Assembly: GCA_951406725.2 (NCBI GenBank)
Contig: OX597824.1
Location: forward strand, 64,542,001 to 64,606,000
Reading direction: 5' to 3'
DNA from: Octopus vulgaris
Lineage: Eukaryota
Length of the DNA: 64,000 bases
Part shown: positions 12,208-25,600 of the stretch, piece after piece
Numbering within the stretch: the stretch's first letter is position 1
Layout: each line of letters opens with the position of its first letter
Notes under the pieces: model-generated
What the model saw: the letters and a program-made list of their open reading frames with translations, nothing else
Databases searched by the model: none
What the model was told of the DNA's origin: nothing
Program-made: the position numbers and the translations under genes

Positions 12208-13231
12208 CTTGAAAAAGAAAAAAATAAAAGAATTACAAATAACCACTCATTATTTAAAGAAAAATATTGACAAATTAATATTGATAATTAAATATATTTT
12301 AATTGTGCCAAAGTTCTGGCTGATATTAGGAATTGGTATTTTCCATGTCAAAATTGTTGTTGTTCATATTGTTCTTGTTTAGCCCCAGGTTGACTTTGAT
12401 TGAACAAACCTATAATTAAAGGTGCAGAAGAGTCAGAGGCATATGACATAGAAGAAAATTGGAAGTCCTTATGGGATAATCAACTGATGGCAACAGACAA
12501 AGTCTGTGGTTGGAGCAAAGATTCTGCCAGATCAAAGGTGATATGGTGGTGGAATAGTGAAGTCAACAGAGCCATAAAAGAAAAGCGATGGGTTTGGAAA
12601 GAATGGGAAAACTAATATTTCTGCCAATCTGACATCATAGACTGATAGCTTATATTATCAACCCCAGAAAGATGAAAGATAAAGATGACTTTGATAGGAT
12701 TTGAACTCAGAGGGTAAAGAGCCAAATTAGTACCTCAACACATTAAGGTAATTTGTCTATTGCCTTAATGACTCTGCCAACCTTATTACCTCATATACAT
12801 GTGACCACAGGGGAAAATATTAACAAGAAAGGTGAAGCTTACTTCAGGGAAGAAAGTACTGGAAAACCGTTTAGTTGAGGATTATTGAAATGCAAAAATA
12901 GGTTTAAAAATTGTTTTCATTAGTAGAAAGTTTCTTCACTTACTTCTTCTAAAGACAAAACTTGAGTCTCTTCTGGTTGTATGTTAAAAAGATTAACAAG
13001 ATTTCCCTTATTATCTGAAGATCTGAAAGAAAATAATTTAATGTAAACATGTGTGTTTTTTCTACATACATACGTACGTACACACACACACACACCACAC
13101 ACCACACACACACACACACACACTCAGTCTCTATTCACCAAATCCACCCACAAGACCCTGGTCAGCCTAAGGCTATAATAGAAGACACCTGCCCAAGGTG
13201 CCGTGCAGTAGGACTGAACCCAGAACCACAG

Positions 13232-13275
<44 letters not shown>

Positions 13276-14369
13276 TTTTACAACAAGAAATAACAACCAG
13301 ATTATCCTCGAAATGAAGAGTAATTCTTGTTGACTTAGTCCTAGCTGCACTGTATGTGAAAAATCCAATAGACTGCCATTTCTACCTCTCTACTGCTCTA
13401 ACAATAAATAAATACATAAATAAATATATAAAATAATTAATAAATCAATTAAATAAAAAGATTTATATCTTACTTTGCTGAAACTGAAGAAATAATATCT
13501 AAAGCTAATTTCTGCAAAGCCATATATTCAGGAATTTCATATGAATATTTTCCACATATTTCTGAAACAGTGACAGTAACCATACCCTTTGTATTTACAT
13601 ATTTACCCCTCTTTGTATGCCAGCAGCTGTCACTAAACACTACATTATAGGGTAAAATTTGAAAATATGAAAGGAATGTTGGTATTTTTTCAGTACAGAC
13701 AAAATGCAAAAGTCTCTGTTTCGATTTCCGTTGACGATTGAAAGCTATGTTTAGTTCCTCAAGAGATTTTGAAGATTCAAAATAATCATCACACACAAAC
13801 ATTACAATTACATCTGCTTCTTCAAGTAAAGCCAATCTGTCATGAATTGATGTGCTGAAGAGAAGGACCTGCATCTCTGAGAAAAGATCTTGAAGAATTG
13901 AAATCAAAATGGCAGCAAATTTCATATCTTGGGGTGCAAAACAAAAGAGTATTTTGCATGGTTTTTTATAAATATCATAATCCGCTTTAGCAGTTATCTT
14001 TTTTCCCTTGAGTTCGTAATTATCTTCAAGTTCAATTTGTCTGAGAAGTGATAATTGATCCAAGAGAGTAATATTTCCATTGTTCAACTGTGAAATAAAA
14101 GAAAAAGAGATAATTAAATTATAAATGTCTCGCTCTTCAATTAAAGGAAGGAAAATAATGATAATTTGCAATATCTTTATTGTTTATTCATTACTTGTTT
14201 CAGTCATTGGATTGCAACCATGCTGGGCACCAAATTGAAAGATTTAGACAAAGAAATCAACCCCAGTACTTTTTTAAAACCTGGTACTTATTCTATCAGT
14301 CACTTTTGCCAAAACATTAAGTTATGGGGACATAAACAAACCAAAATAAAGACACACATATATGTATAG

Positions 14370-14409
<40 letters not shown>

Positions 14410-16216
14410 TGAGAGAGAGATAGAGAGGGATAGAGAAATAGATACATATTTACAGACATACATGCACAAACACACACACACAGAATGGGTTCTTTCAATT
14501 TCTGTCTAGCAGATCCACTCACAAGGCTTTGGTTGATCTGGGGCTAAAGTAGAAGACATTTGCCCAAGATGCCCAATGACAGCCTTTAAGAAAGAGGGAA
14601 AAACCTCCTCATCGAAACAAAACTCTGGAAGAAAACCAAAAGTTTCAGATAGGGACCATCAGACTCTTATACAAATTGTTAGAAAGGATCACAAAAGCAC
14701 AGCTCCCAAAATTACTATAGAGCTTAATGACCACCTTCAGAACCTAGTTTCCACAAAAACTGTTTGCCAGGAGCTGCTCAAAGCTGGATTTCACAGGAGG
14801 GCTGCAATCAGAAAACTACTACTTTCGAAAACAAACTTTGCAAAATGTTTAGAGTGGAGTAAAAACCTACAGAATTGGTCCCTAGTGCAGTGGAAGAATG
14901 TTATTTTCTTGAACGAGTCATCCTTTACCTTATTTCCAACCACCGGCTGAGTATACGTGTGGAGACATCCAAAAGAAGCATTTGACCTAGACTGCCTTCT
15001 TCCAACTGTTAAGCATGAAGGAGGATCTGTGATGATCTGGGGGGGGGGGCTATAGTTTGGAAATCCACTGGCCCAATGGTTTCCTTTCGTGGCAGAATTA
15101 ATAGTCAAGATTATTTAAGCATTTTATGTGATCAAATTCATCCTATGGTTGGGGAACTGTTTTCAGAGGGAAACACAATCTTTCAGGATGATAATGCATC
15201 AATTCACACAGCTAAAGTTGTTACTGAATGGCACGAGGAACATTCTAGTGAAGTTGAACATCTTATCTGGCCACCACAGTCCCCAGATCTCACTATTATT
15301 GAACATTTATAGTACATTTTAGAAAAACAAGTAAGGAGTCGATATCCAAGAACTGAAGACTGTTTAAGCTGAAGAATGGACAAAAATTCCTTTGGAAACA
15401 ATTCAAACTTTGTATGAACCCATACCTCATAGAATTCAAGCTGTAATTACTGCCAAAGACGGTCCTACCCCATATTAAAATAAATTTGTTTAAAATTTTA
15501 AGGTGTTTCCATTATTTTGTCCAACCCCTGTATATAAAACAGGCTTTTTCTAGTTTCCCTCTACCAAATCTATTCACAAGTCTTTGGTCAGCTCAAGGCT
15601 ATAGTAGAAGACACTTGCCCAAGGTGCCAGAGAGTGGGACTGAACCCAGAACTGTGTGATTGGGAAGCAAGCTTCTTATCACACAGCCACATCTGTGCCT
15701 AAATGATGACTTTTTCACGGTTCCCAAGTGCCAAATTCCATTCACAGGGTATTGAACAACCTGAGGCTCCTCCAGCAGAAAACATTAAACCCATATGCCT
15801 TAATGAGAGATCAAATCTAGAACCACATAGTTGCAAAGCAAACTTCTTAACCACAAATGGTGTGTCTTTGTTGTCGTCATTGTTGACATCATCATCATCA
15901 TCGTTATCATCATAATCATTGTCACCATCACCACCACCATTGTTTTTTAGTTCACTTTGTCATGCTGGCACATTGGACAAGACACTTTTGAGGCAATATT
16001 TTACAGCTAAATGCCAATCCAAACACCAATTTTTTCAGTCTTCTTTCACATGTAGTGATAGTGTGCATATTCTAAAAATCTAGATTATATAAGAAGAGTA
16101 TGTGTGTGTGCATGCGTGCACAGGTGTACATGTGCATGTGTGTGTGTACATATCTATACATGTATATATATATATACATGTATATATATATATACATATA
16201 TATACATATATATATG

Positions 16217-16274
<58 letters not shown>

Positions 16275-16721
16275 CATATATATATATACATATATATGCA
16301 TGTATATATATACACATATATATACATATATATACATATATATATATGTAAGTATATATGTGTGTATTATATATATATATACTAGCACTATGTGCTAGTG
16401 CATGCATATACAGCTGCGTGCGTGCACACATACACGCGAGTACTGTCCAAATCTCCGACCAATCACATACAGCTAGCTGGCATTCAATTGGCATATCAAG
16501 TTTCAGGCATTTTGATTGGGTTTAGGATAGAAAATTCACAAAAAATTCACTTCAATTGATTTTTTAATGGCTTTGTTGGGTGACTGGGGAAATGTAAAGA
16601 TGTGCACAACCAACCTTGAACGGTTTTGAATGACCATAGAAAGTGCGAGCCCTCTAACTGAAAAAATTGTGGATTTGAATAAAGGACACGCACGCAGGCA
16701 TTTTGCCGTTTATATATATAG

Positions 16722-16774
<53 letters not shown>

Positions 16775-19700
16775 TGTAAATATATACATATATATACACA
16801 CACACATATATACATACATGTACATATATACATATATAAATATATATATTATATGTATGAAGGTATATGCAAGTGAAGTGTGTGTGTGCATGCATGTGTG
16901 TGTGGGCATGCGTGTGTGTGCATGTGTGTGTATGTGTGCTTGTGTGTGTGAGAGAGAGAGAAAGAGAGAGAGGAAGAGAGAGAGAAAGAGATATGACACA
17001 CTTACTTTGCTTTTACTCGTCATCCAACTAAATTCATGTTGCAAAGTTTGGTCTTTGTAGCATTTATTTAGAAGAGGTGATAAGCAGCTCAGAACAGGAA
17101 CCAAACAATCTCCCCGGGCATCTATCATATGTAGAGGACCAAACCACTGAGGTGTTGACGGCACATCATCAATGCAGACAGGTACCAAAACCATAGGATT
17201 TGTCTGAAATGAACAATTAAATTGATTAATTCATTAACATTCAAGTGAAATGGTCATCAGAAGCATAGTACATGTTACAAAGTCATGCTCACTTGCAAGT
17301 GATGGTTTTGGTATGTCTATATTTTTTCTGAAAAATCCTCATAAGAGATTGATATATACAACTCAAATTATAAACTGACAGTAATTAAGAGTTCAGTTAA
17401 TAATAGATCGTTAAACTCTAACGTAATTAAATTGCAGTAAATCCAAGTGGGATGACATGCAGGTATATACATAATCAGCTAAAATGATCTTTAAGAGCAA
17501 ACATATTTGGCAGAAATGGAGAAAAGCATATATTTTACATATAGTTCACACTTTAATTGTATTCAATAGCTGTTTCATAATGATAAACATCATTGAATGT
17601 ATAATTACATAATTGTCATACACAATTAATTGATTTGAGTTAAATTAAATTAATTAGTTCGTTTTTGGATTTGGTTTGCAAGATTCTTTATATGAGTTCG
17701 TGTGTTGAAGCATATTCTATTGTGTCTGGGGAGAGTCATTTTCTTTTTGTGCCTTATAATGTAACACACGCACCGGTAAAAATTCCACTTATTTCTTATT
17801 TTTATTTTCCTAAAATTTTCGTTGCATCTTGCAACCTTTCCAACAGTCTTGACTCTGTCCGTTATTTACACTGCGTTCCTTTTTGTTTGTGCGCATGTGT
17901 GCGGGTCAGTGTGTTTGTGTGTGCCTATGCATGCATGAACGTATGTATGTGTGTATGTATGTATGCATGTGTATGTATGTATATATGTGTGTGTATGCAT
18001 ATGTATATATGTATGTATGTGTGTGCATCTGTATGTATCCTATAAATTACCATTATGTAAGTATACTTTTTCAGAAACGAATTTTCAAAGTGATGTCTGT
18101 AAATCAGAGTATTTTTCTCAACTTGAACATAGCAATGACACATTTCAATGGGTGTTCTCTTCAACAGTCTTCAAGTGATATTCTTGAGCTAGGCTAAGGA
18201 TTAAGTCTGAAACTTATTTTATCAACTGGATATAAGGTCCTAACCACTAGCCTGTTGTCCTGAAGGACAATTGAGTTATTCTTTTAGTCTCAAACACTTG
18301 TATTTATATTTTAGAGTTGAGTGTGAGGATGTTGGGTGTTTGTTGTGTTTTTGTTACTGCTCTGGTTAAACCTTCTTAGACATACTACATGTGGGATGAA
18401 CCAATTATGGAGCTTGTATGTGGTCATTTGGTCAGATAGAAATAGCAATCAAATGTTCTTTGAATCTCATTCTTCTATCTAAAGAAAAAAAATGGATCTG
18501 TTGGACAATGCAAACCTAGATACGCAATGTCTGACAAAAAATATGGAATGATCATTTCTGGTATGTGTTTGATCAAAGGTAGGATCTCTGATCAAGAATC
18601 ATCTAGAGATAAATAGCACTAACACATAAGGAATTTGGAAAACTCCAAGAAGTCATATTCTTAGTGAGACCAAGTACATTATTCCAGTAATGGCAGACTT
18701 CCCAAAGATTCTGCTTTGTATTCTTTTAGTTTTTCATCTTACACATTCCCCTTTTTAGTGTAGCCAAATCTTCCTCAACAAATTTTCACTCCTAAATTTT
18801 TGGCTTACACAGAAATAGCAGGTGGAATATTTAAAAGGTGACCATAAAATAACCAGATATAAATAGAACAGTAGGATGTGACAAAGTAACACATTTTTGG
18901 TTAAATTACCTTACAAGTACATGCAGGCAATTGGGAAAATATTCAACAATTTACTGAGAGACAAACAAAACAAAACAAAAAAAAAACATCTCAACTTAGT
19001 CATCAGCACTGAGGAAGTATCAAACTTCAAAATTGCAGAACCATACATAACCTCTTTGTCTATGATGTACAAAATCTTAATGTTAACTTTAGTGCAATAA
19101 AAAGCATACTTCAAAAACAGAAAAGCTGCTGTAAGGACTTATGTGGATGTAACGATGAGTCATTATTTAACAAATTCATAACTGAAGAACTCAAAAATCT
19201 ATCTGATCCTTTCACTTAGACACTTCTGATGAAATTGTGGTAATAATTACTGATATTATTACTATAACTATACATGCTATATTTACTACTGTTATTATTA
19301 CTACAGCTGGAGGCACAATGGCCCAGTGGCTAGGGCAGTGGACTTGCAGTTGTAGGGTCACGGTTTCAATTCCCAGACCGGGCGTTGTGAGTGTTTATTG
19401 AGCAAAAATACCTGAAAGCTCCACGAGGCTCTGGCAAGGGGTGGTGGTGAACCTTGCTGTACTCTTTTGCCACAACTTTCTCTCACTCTTTCTTCTGTAG
19501 ACCTGCTCACTTAGCCAGCAGAGTGGCATCATTTGAAGGCTAAAACAATGCAAAGCGCATTGTGACCAGTGATGTGTAGCAACATCTTTTTTTTTTTTTG
19601 ATAGCCTGGTCGATCACATGATCACGTGAATATTACTACAGACAGTTGAAAACGAGGCTTAGAAGTGGTATCTAAAACATGGCTGTCTGCTGACTGGCAA

Positions 19701-22587
19701 GGTTCATGACTAAAGCTACAACTGATGGGTACTGTCCTCTTGTTCTTAGAAAAGTAAAGTCTATTTACAGCCAATCTTTCCAGCCTTCTGTATCAATGAA
19801 ATTGAGAATTGTTACACTACGACAGAAATATTTTACAGATATGTTTCAATTAATTTAAAAGATAATGAAGAATTGTAAGCATTTAATTATTAACCAATCT
19901 GTCTTTATTTTTATGCCTGGTGTTTGAAATCTAACTTTAAAAAATAAGATTCATTAAATAAAGTTTTGATAGATGGTTTTAATTTAAATATAGGTTTCAA
20001 ATTCTGGCACAAGGCTAGCAAGTTCAGAGCAGCGGTGTAAGTTGATTACACCAACTCCTGTGCTTAACTGGTACTTATTTTATCAACCCCAAAAGGACGA
20101 ACGGCAAAGTCGATATCAGCGGAATTAGAACTCAGAACATGAAATTTCACCCAGCATGTGAACAATTCTTTCAGCTTACAGCTTTGTTTTAATTTAAATA
20201 TCAACATTTTAAAATGTCAGTGTTTGTATCACCAAAACATAAGACAATTTTGTGTTAGGGTGGGTAGGTTGGTTATCAAAAGGGTTAAACAGTAGAACAA
20301 AAAAAACTTAAAAACAAAATTAAAAAAATTAATCACAAGGGTTTTCTCACTCTTTCTTCAGAGATACTCAAAGCAATGGCAATACTGAATTCTTCTTGGC
20401 ACATAAGAGATTCGAAGTATGCTGGTGCAATGAGGATGACACAGCATTTAGAACATTCCAAAGCTTTGTAGATGGATTGCTGCCAATCACTACCTGAAAT
20501 ATAATAAAGAACAAATATGTATTTATTGATTACACTAGCATGATAAATAGAGACAATTGGTTGACTTTTAAAGAACAGAGATATCTATTGATGGATTATA
20601 AATTCTGTTGAGTTTAGGAGTTGTGCTGTTCACTCATCTTCAAAAGGCTCTCATAGGGCAGAATAAGAGTAACTACAACTAGGTATTAAACCTAGATCAG
20701 CAGCTTGGTGCACTGGGAGTTCAACGACTGCCTCTGACACTACCATAGATATGTCATTGAGAGAACTGCTACATGGTCACTTGATCTACATGAAACAACA
20801 GTCAAATCTCCATCAAATCACCTTTAAACTAGAAGACATGTTGAATAATATAATCTTAGATAACACATCTGATAAAGTGTCTAATTAACAGTCATTAAAA
20901 TGCTGGATAGAATTCTCTGTAACCCAAGTTCAAATCTGTCCGAGGACAACATTGCCCTTCATCCTTTCAGAGTCATTAAACAAATCCCACTCCAAAGTTG
21001 TGGATCAGCAGATCTGTAAGAATGTTAGACTGGGATGCCTTATAGTAGTTGTTCTGGATCGTTGTCGTCATCGTCGTCGTCATCATCATCACCATCAGCA
21101 GCAGCAGCAACAGCACCACCACCACCAACAACAACAACACTGACAATGTCATTAGTAGTGTCTACTCGAGAGGGGAAGAACTTATCCAAAGTTGTTATAC
21201 ATTAATGGCACACCATCTGTTTGCACAACTCAATATAGAGAGTGAACTTATTATGAAGTCCTCTTGTAATTTTAATGTTATGTTCACATTTAGAATTGCA
21301 GACCTTCAGCTATAATATGGCCAATCCTTTAACCATATTCTTTTCCTCAGTCAACAGGAAGTGGTGGAGCTGCATTATCAACTTCTTGCCCTGCAGTTTA
21401 CTCTTATTTTTTATCAACATCAGCTCCACATTAGATAAAACTTATTAAATCATGTTTTATGCAAGTTCAAACCAGTCATATCCAACCCAAATATTCTACC
21501 TGTTTTATGTTAAAACCAGTGAGATCAAGTCTCTCACACCTACCCTGTAATGTTATTCTAAAAGTAAACAGCTACATCAGTGAAATCCTGAAACTATGAG
21601 ATATCATCATTATTATCATCATCATCATCATCATTGTCATCGTCATTTAACGTCCTCCTTCCATGCTGGCATGGGTTGTACAGTTTGACAGGAGCTGGCC
21701 AGGCAAAAGAGCCTGCACAATGCTTCTGTGTCTGCTTTGGCATGGTTTTTATGGCTGGATGCCCTTTTGAATGCCAACCACTTTACAGTGTGGACTGGGT
21801 GCTTTTTAAGTGGCACCTGCACTAGCAGGGTCACCAAGTAACTTTGCAAGAAAAGGAATTTTTGAGAGAGGAGGGGGAGTTGGAGGAGATGATCTTGTGT
21901 CAGATGATGAAAGGTTAGAGTGTGACAGAGAGACAGAAATAAATGTACATGGTTACCCAGCCAGAGAGAGAGAGAGAGAGAGAGAGGGAGAAGAAGAGAG
22001 GGAAAGAAAGAAAGTGAGAGTTAACAAAAATGAAGGCGGCAGAAATACATGATTAATTCAAAGCAAGTGAAGCCACATGGTTTAGTGGTTAGGGTATTTG
22101 GCTTACAATCGTAAGGTCATCATGAGTCCAATTCCCATTGATGCATTGTGTTCTTGAGCAAAACACTTTATTTCACATTGCTCCAGTCCACTCACCTCGC
22201 AAAAATGAGTAGTACCTGTATTTCAAAGGGCAAGCCTTGTCACACTCTGTATCACGCTGAATCTCCCTGAGAGCTACATTAAGTGTACACATGTCTGTGG
22301 AATACTCAGCCACCTGATCATTAATTTCATGAACAGGTTGTTCCATTGATCAGATCAACTGGAACCCTCATTGTCATAAACAACAGAGTAAGTGCCAATT
22401 CAAAGCAATATGAATGAATAAACAGGCATAGGAGTGGCTGTGTGGTATGTAGCTTGCTTACGAACCACATGGTTCCGGGTTCAGTCCCACTACGTGGCAC
22501 CTTGGGCAAGTGTCTTCTACTATAGCCTCGGGCCGACCAAAGCCTTGTGAGTAGATTTGGTAGACAGAAACTAAAAGAAGCCCGTCG

Positions 22588-22620
<33 letters not shown>

Positions 22621-25600
22621 ATGTTTGTGTGTCTGTGTTTGTCTCCCCAACATCGCTTGACAACCGATGCTGGTGTGTTTACGTCCTCATAACTTAGCGG
22701 TTCGGCAAAAGAGACTGATAGAATAAGTACTAGGCATACAAAGAATAAGTCCTGGGGTCGATTTGCTCAACTAAAGGCGGTGCTCCAGCATGGCCACAGT
22801 CAAATGACTGAAACAAGTAAAAGAGTATTAAATCTAATTGAGTATTCTGAATGCTAAATGGTTAATCATACCTGTCTCCAATTCCAATTTATCGTAAAAT
22901 ATCTTCAAGTCACTATTGTGTTCAGTCAAAATTTCATATACTACTTTCATTTCTTCTGTGTTTTTTGTAGGGTAAGACACAAAAATATCATATGTTGTTT
23001 TCTTAGATGTTTGTGCTTGAGCAGTTGTGGGACGCAGTAATGATGGAAGTAGCTTCTTATTGATATCCGCAGAAACACTTCGAAACTTTTCTTTAATATT
23101 TTCATTTTCATTTAATCTAAAGTAAAAAAAAAAAAAAGGTAAAAAACAGCAAGTTCCAATTGAAGAAATAGCCCAGCTATAGGAACCCCATCATATGAGG
23201 GGTAACTTTGGCAGTATACTTTTACCACCATGAGTAATATCAAGAAATATGACACATACTATAATTATAATTCTACTTTAATGAAATTTGTGGGTGCTTA
23301 TCCAAAAGGGTGAAATTAATACTAACTTTAAAAAGAAAAAATATTTATTACCCTAAAATAGAACTAAATAAAACAATTTCTCATTTGTATAATTCCTCCT
23401 GTAACTATTCTGTCATTTACTCTCTCTTTCTCTTTCCTCTTCCTCCTCCTCTTTTGTCTCTGTGATTTTCTCTCTTAATGTGTGTATATGTGCATGTGTG
23501 TGTGTAGCATTCTTCTACTAATTACCTACCACCAAGCCTAGTATGTGAACTCATCCTGTACCCCTTATGTTAACTCTTTCTGTATCACTCTTTCACTTAC
23601 TGTCCACTTTCTCTCAATGATGTAAAGTATGATTGGTAAAATCAACCACCCAACATTTATATCAGTTATTATTATACAGATATTTATGAGCTGGCAGTAT
23701 CATTAGCATCCAGGCAAAATGCTTAGTGACATTTTATCCATCTTACATTCTGAGTTCAAATTCCACTGCGATCAACTTTACCTTTCATCCTTTGGGGGTC
23801 AATAAATTAAGCACTAGTGAAACACTGGGGTTGATATAATCAACTAGTCCCTTCCCAAAAATTTCAGGCCTTTGCCTTTAGTAAAAAAGATTATTATATT
23901 GATGTTTTAAATACAGAAACACAAAAATAAAAATGTGTACAAGAAGAAACTTACCGACAATCCATATATTGTATGTTACTTATAACTGGGGGTAGATTTT
24001 CCATTGTCTCAGTATACAGGGGAACCAAAATAATATCTTCAGCTTGTCGTCTATAGCAGAGAGCCATATTGAATTCATCTTGGCAGGATTTGGAACTTAA
24101 GTAGGATGTAGTTAAAATTATAACAATGCTGTTGGTAAAGAAGAATGAAGGATTTTAGATAATTCACTTCTGTGAATGATGATTTCTTTACAAGCTAACA
24201 AAGAAACCTCTAGATGGCCACTCAACTATCTAGAAATATCAACCAAATCTCTCTCAAATCAGATTTTCCTCCTCCTTGTCATCATTTTAATGTCCACTTT
24301 TCCAAGCTTCATGGGTTAGACAGAGTTTACTGAGGCAGATTTTCTCTGGTCAAGAACCCTTGCTTTCAACAACCCTTAATCATTTCTAAGCAAGGTTGTA
24401 CTTCTCTATAGCCAAACATGTTTGCACAGAATACTGGAAATGAGATAACACTGCTTGTATGAGAGTGACACTCATTTACAATTATTATGTGATGTCAAGA
24501 GAAGGCAACACATAGACACACACACACATTCTTTTATTCTTTTACTTATTTCAGTTATTTGATTGTGGCCGTGTTGGAGCACTGCCTTAAAAGGATATTT
24601 AGGAAGGGTATCCAGCCATAGAAATCATGCCAAATCAGACTGGAATCTGGTGCAGCCCCTCAGCTTGCCATCCCTGATCAAATTGTCCAACCCATGCCAG
24701 CATGGAAAACAGATGTTAACTGATGATGATGACGATGATGATGATGATGATGATGATGACGTTGTTGTTGTTGTTGTTCACATTATTGTTGCTGTTGTTG
24801 TTTAGCCCCAAGTAAGCTCTGATTGAGCACATTTATGATCAAAGTCATTCAATCCATGACCATCCCATTCTTTTATTTGTCTAGGACTAACATTGTCTAA
24901 TGTATCCTTTATTTAAAGATGGCAGGATTTGATATGAGGGAGATTTGGCTACAATTTCTAGCAGGTAGAATGTTCTTGTAAAGGCTCTCTCAATAACTGT
25001 CCATAGTACATAGCAGAAATGGTAACACTTTGCAGTATTGAAGTTCATACAATTACATTATGAGTTGTAATGCCACATGGGTTCCTTCTATTTTCTATCT
25101 TACCAGTGTCCAATGTATTAAGTAATGATGTTTATTAAACTGACCACCAAAATTTGTGGCCTTGCTTTGTATCAGCAAAAAATAACATTATATTAAATAT
25201 TTAATACTGAGAAAAATAAGAAAAATAGAATTACCACTTGCATCCAAACATACAAGAGTATATTTTTTCAGGCCAAACATCTCCGTCAACTTTTATCCTT
25301 TTATTGAAAATACTTATGCTTGGATTATTCTTTTCCAATGAAGCTTTTAACAAATTTGCCTTCTTAGAATCTGTATTGCAGTAGGAAATATACACATCGT
25401 TCACATGATTTTTTTTGGCAATCTGTAAAAAAAATTAAAAAGTAGTCATAACAACAATCATTGTTTAAAGTAAGCCATCATGCTTGATACCTCCTAGACA
25501 AGTATTGGCTTGGCAGACTGCATTAGCTGTGGGCTTAAGATGTAAAACTGGCACTTCATCAGTTACGCTGATGAAGGCTTCTGTCGGTTGGTCTAACCAA

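Noticed and set aside
11714-12270. Plus-strand S/F-rich ORFs
   Set aside because: Antisense shadows of the E/K-rich terminal exon.
12835-12850. Alternative donor (GAA|gtaagc) that would extend the penultimate exon
   Set aside because: An in-frame stop at 12920 precedes it.
13470-14171. Standalone 233-aa single-exon gene
   Set aside because: It has an internal acceptor (14088) and a donor overlapping the apparent stop (13473); it is an internal exon of the Macro-TIR gene.
16072-17005. Many long YI/HT/CV-rich ORFs (also ~34350-34850, 38078-38614 and 47168-47626)
   Set aside because: They are translations of (TA)n/(CA)n microsatellites.
19309-19385. tRNA-like sequences (also at 26148 and at other SINE heads)
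   Set aside because: They continue into SINE bodies and have degenerate cloverleafs; they are not tRNA genes.
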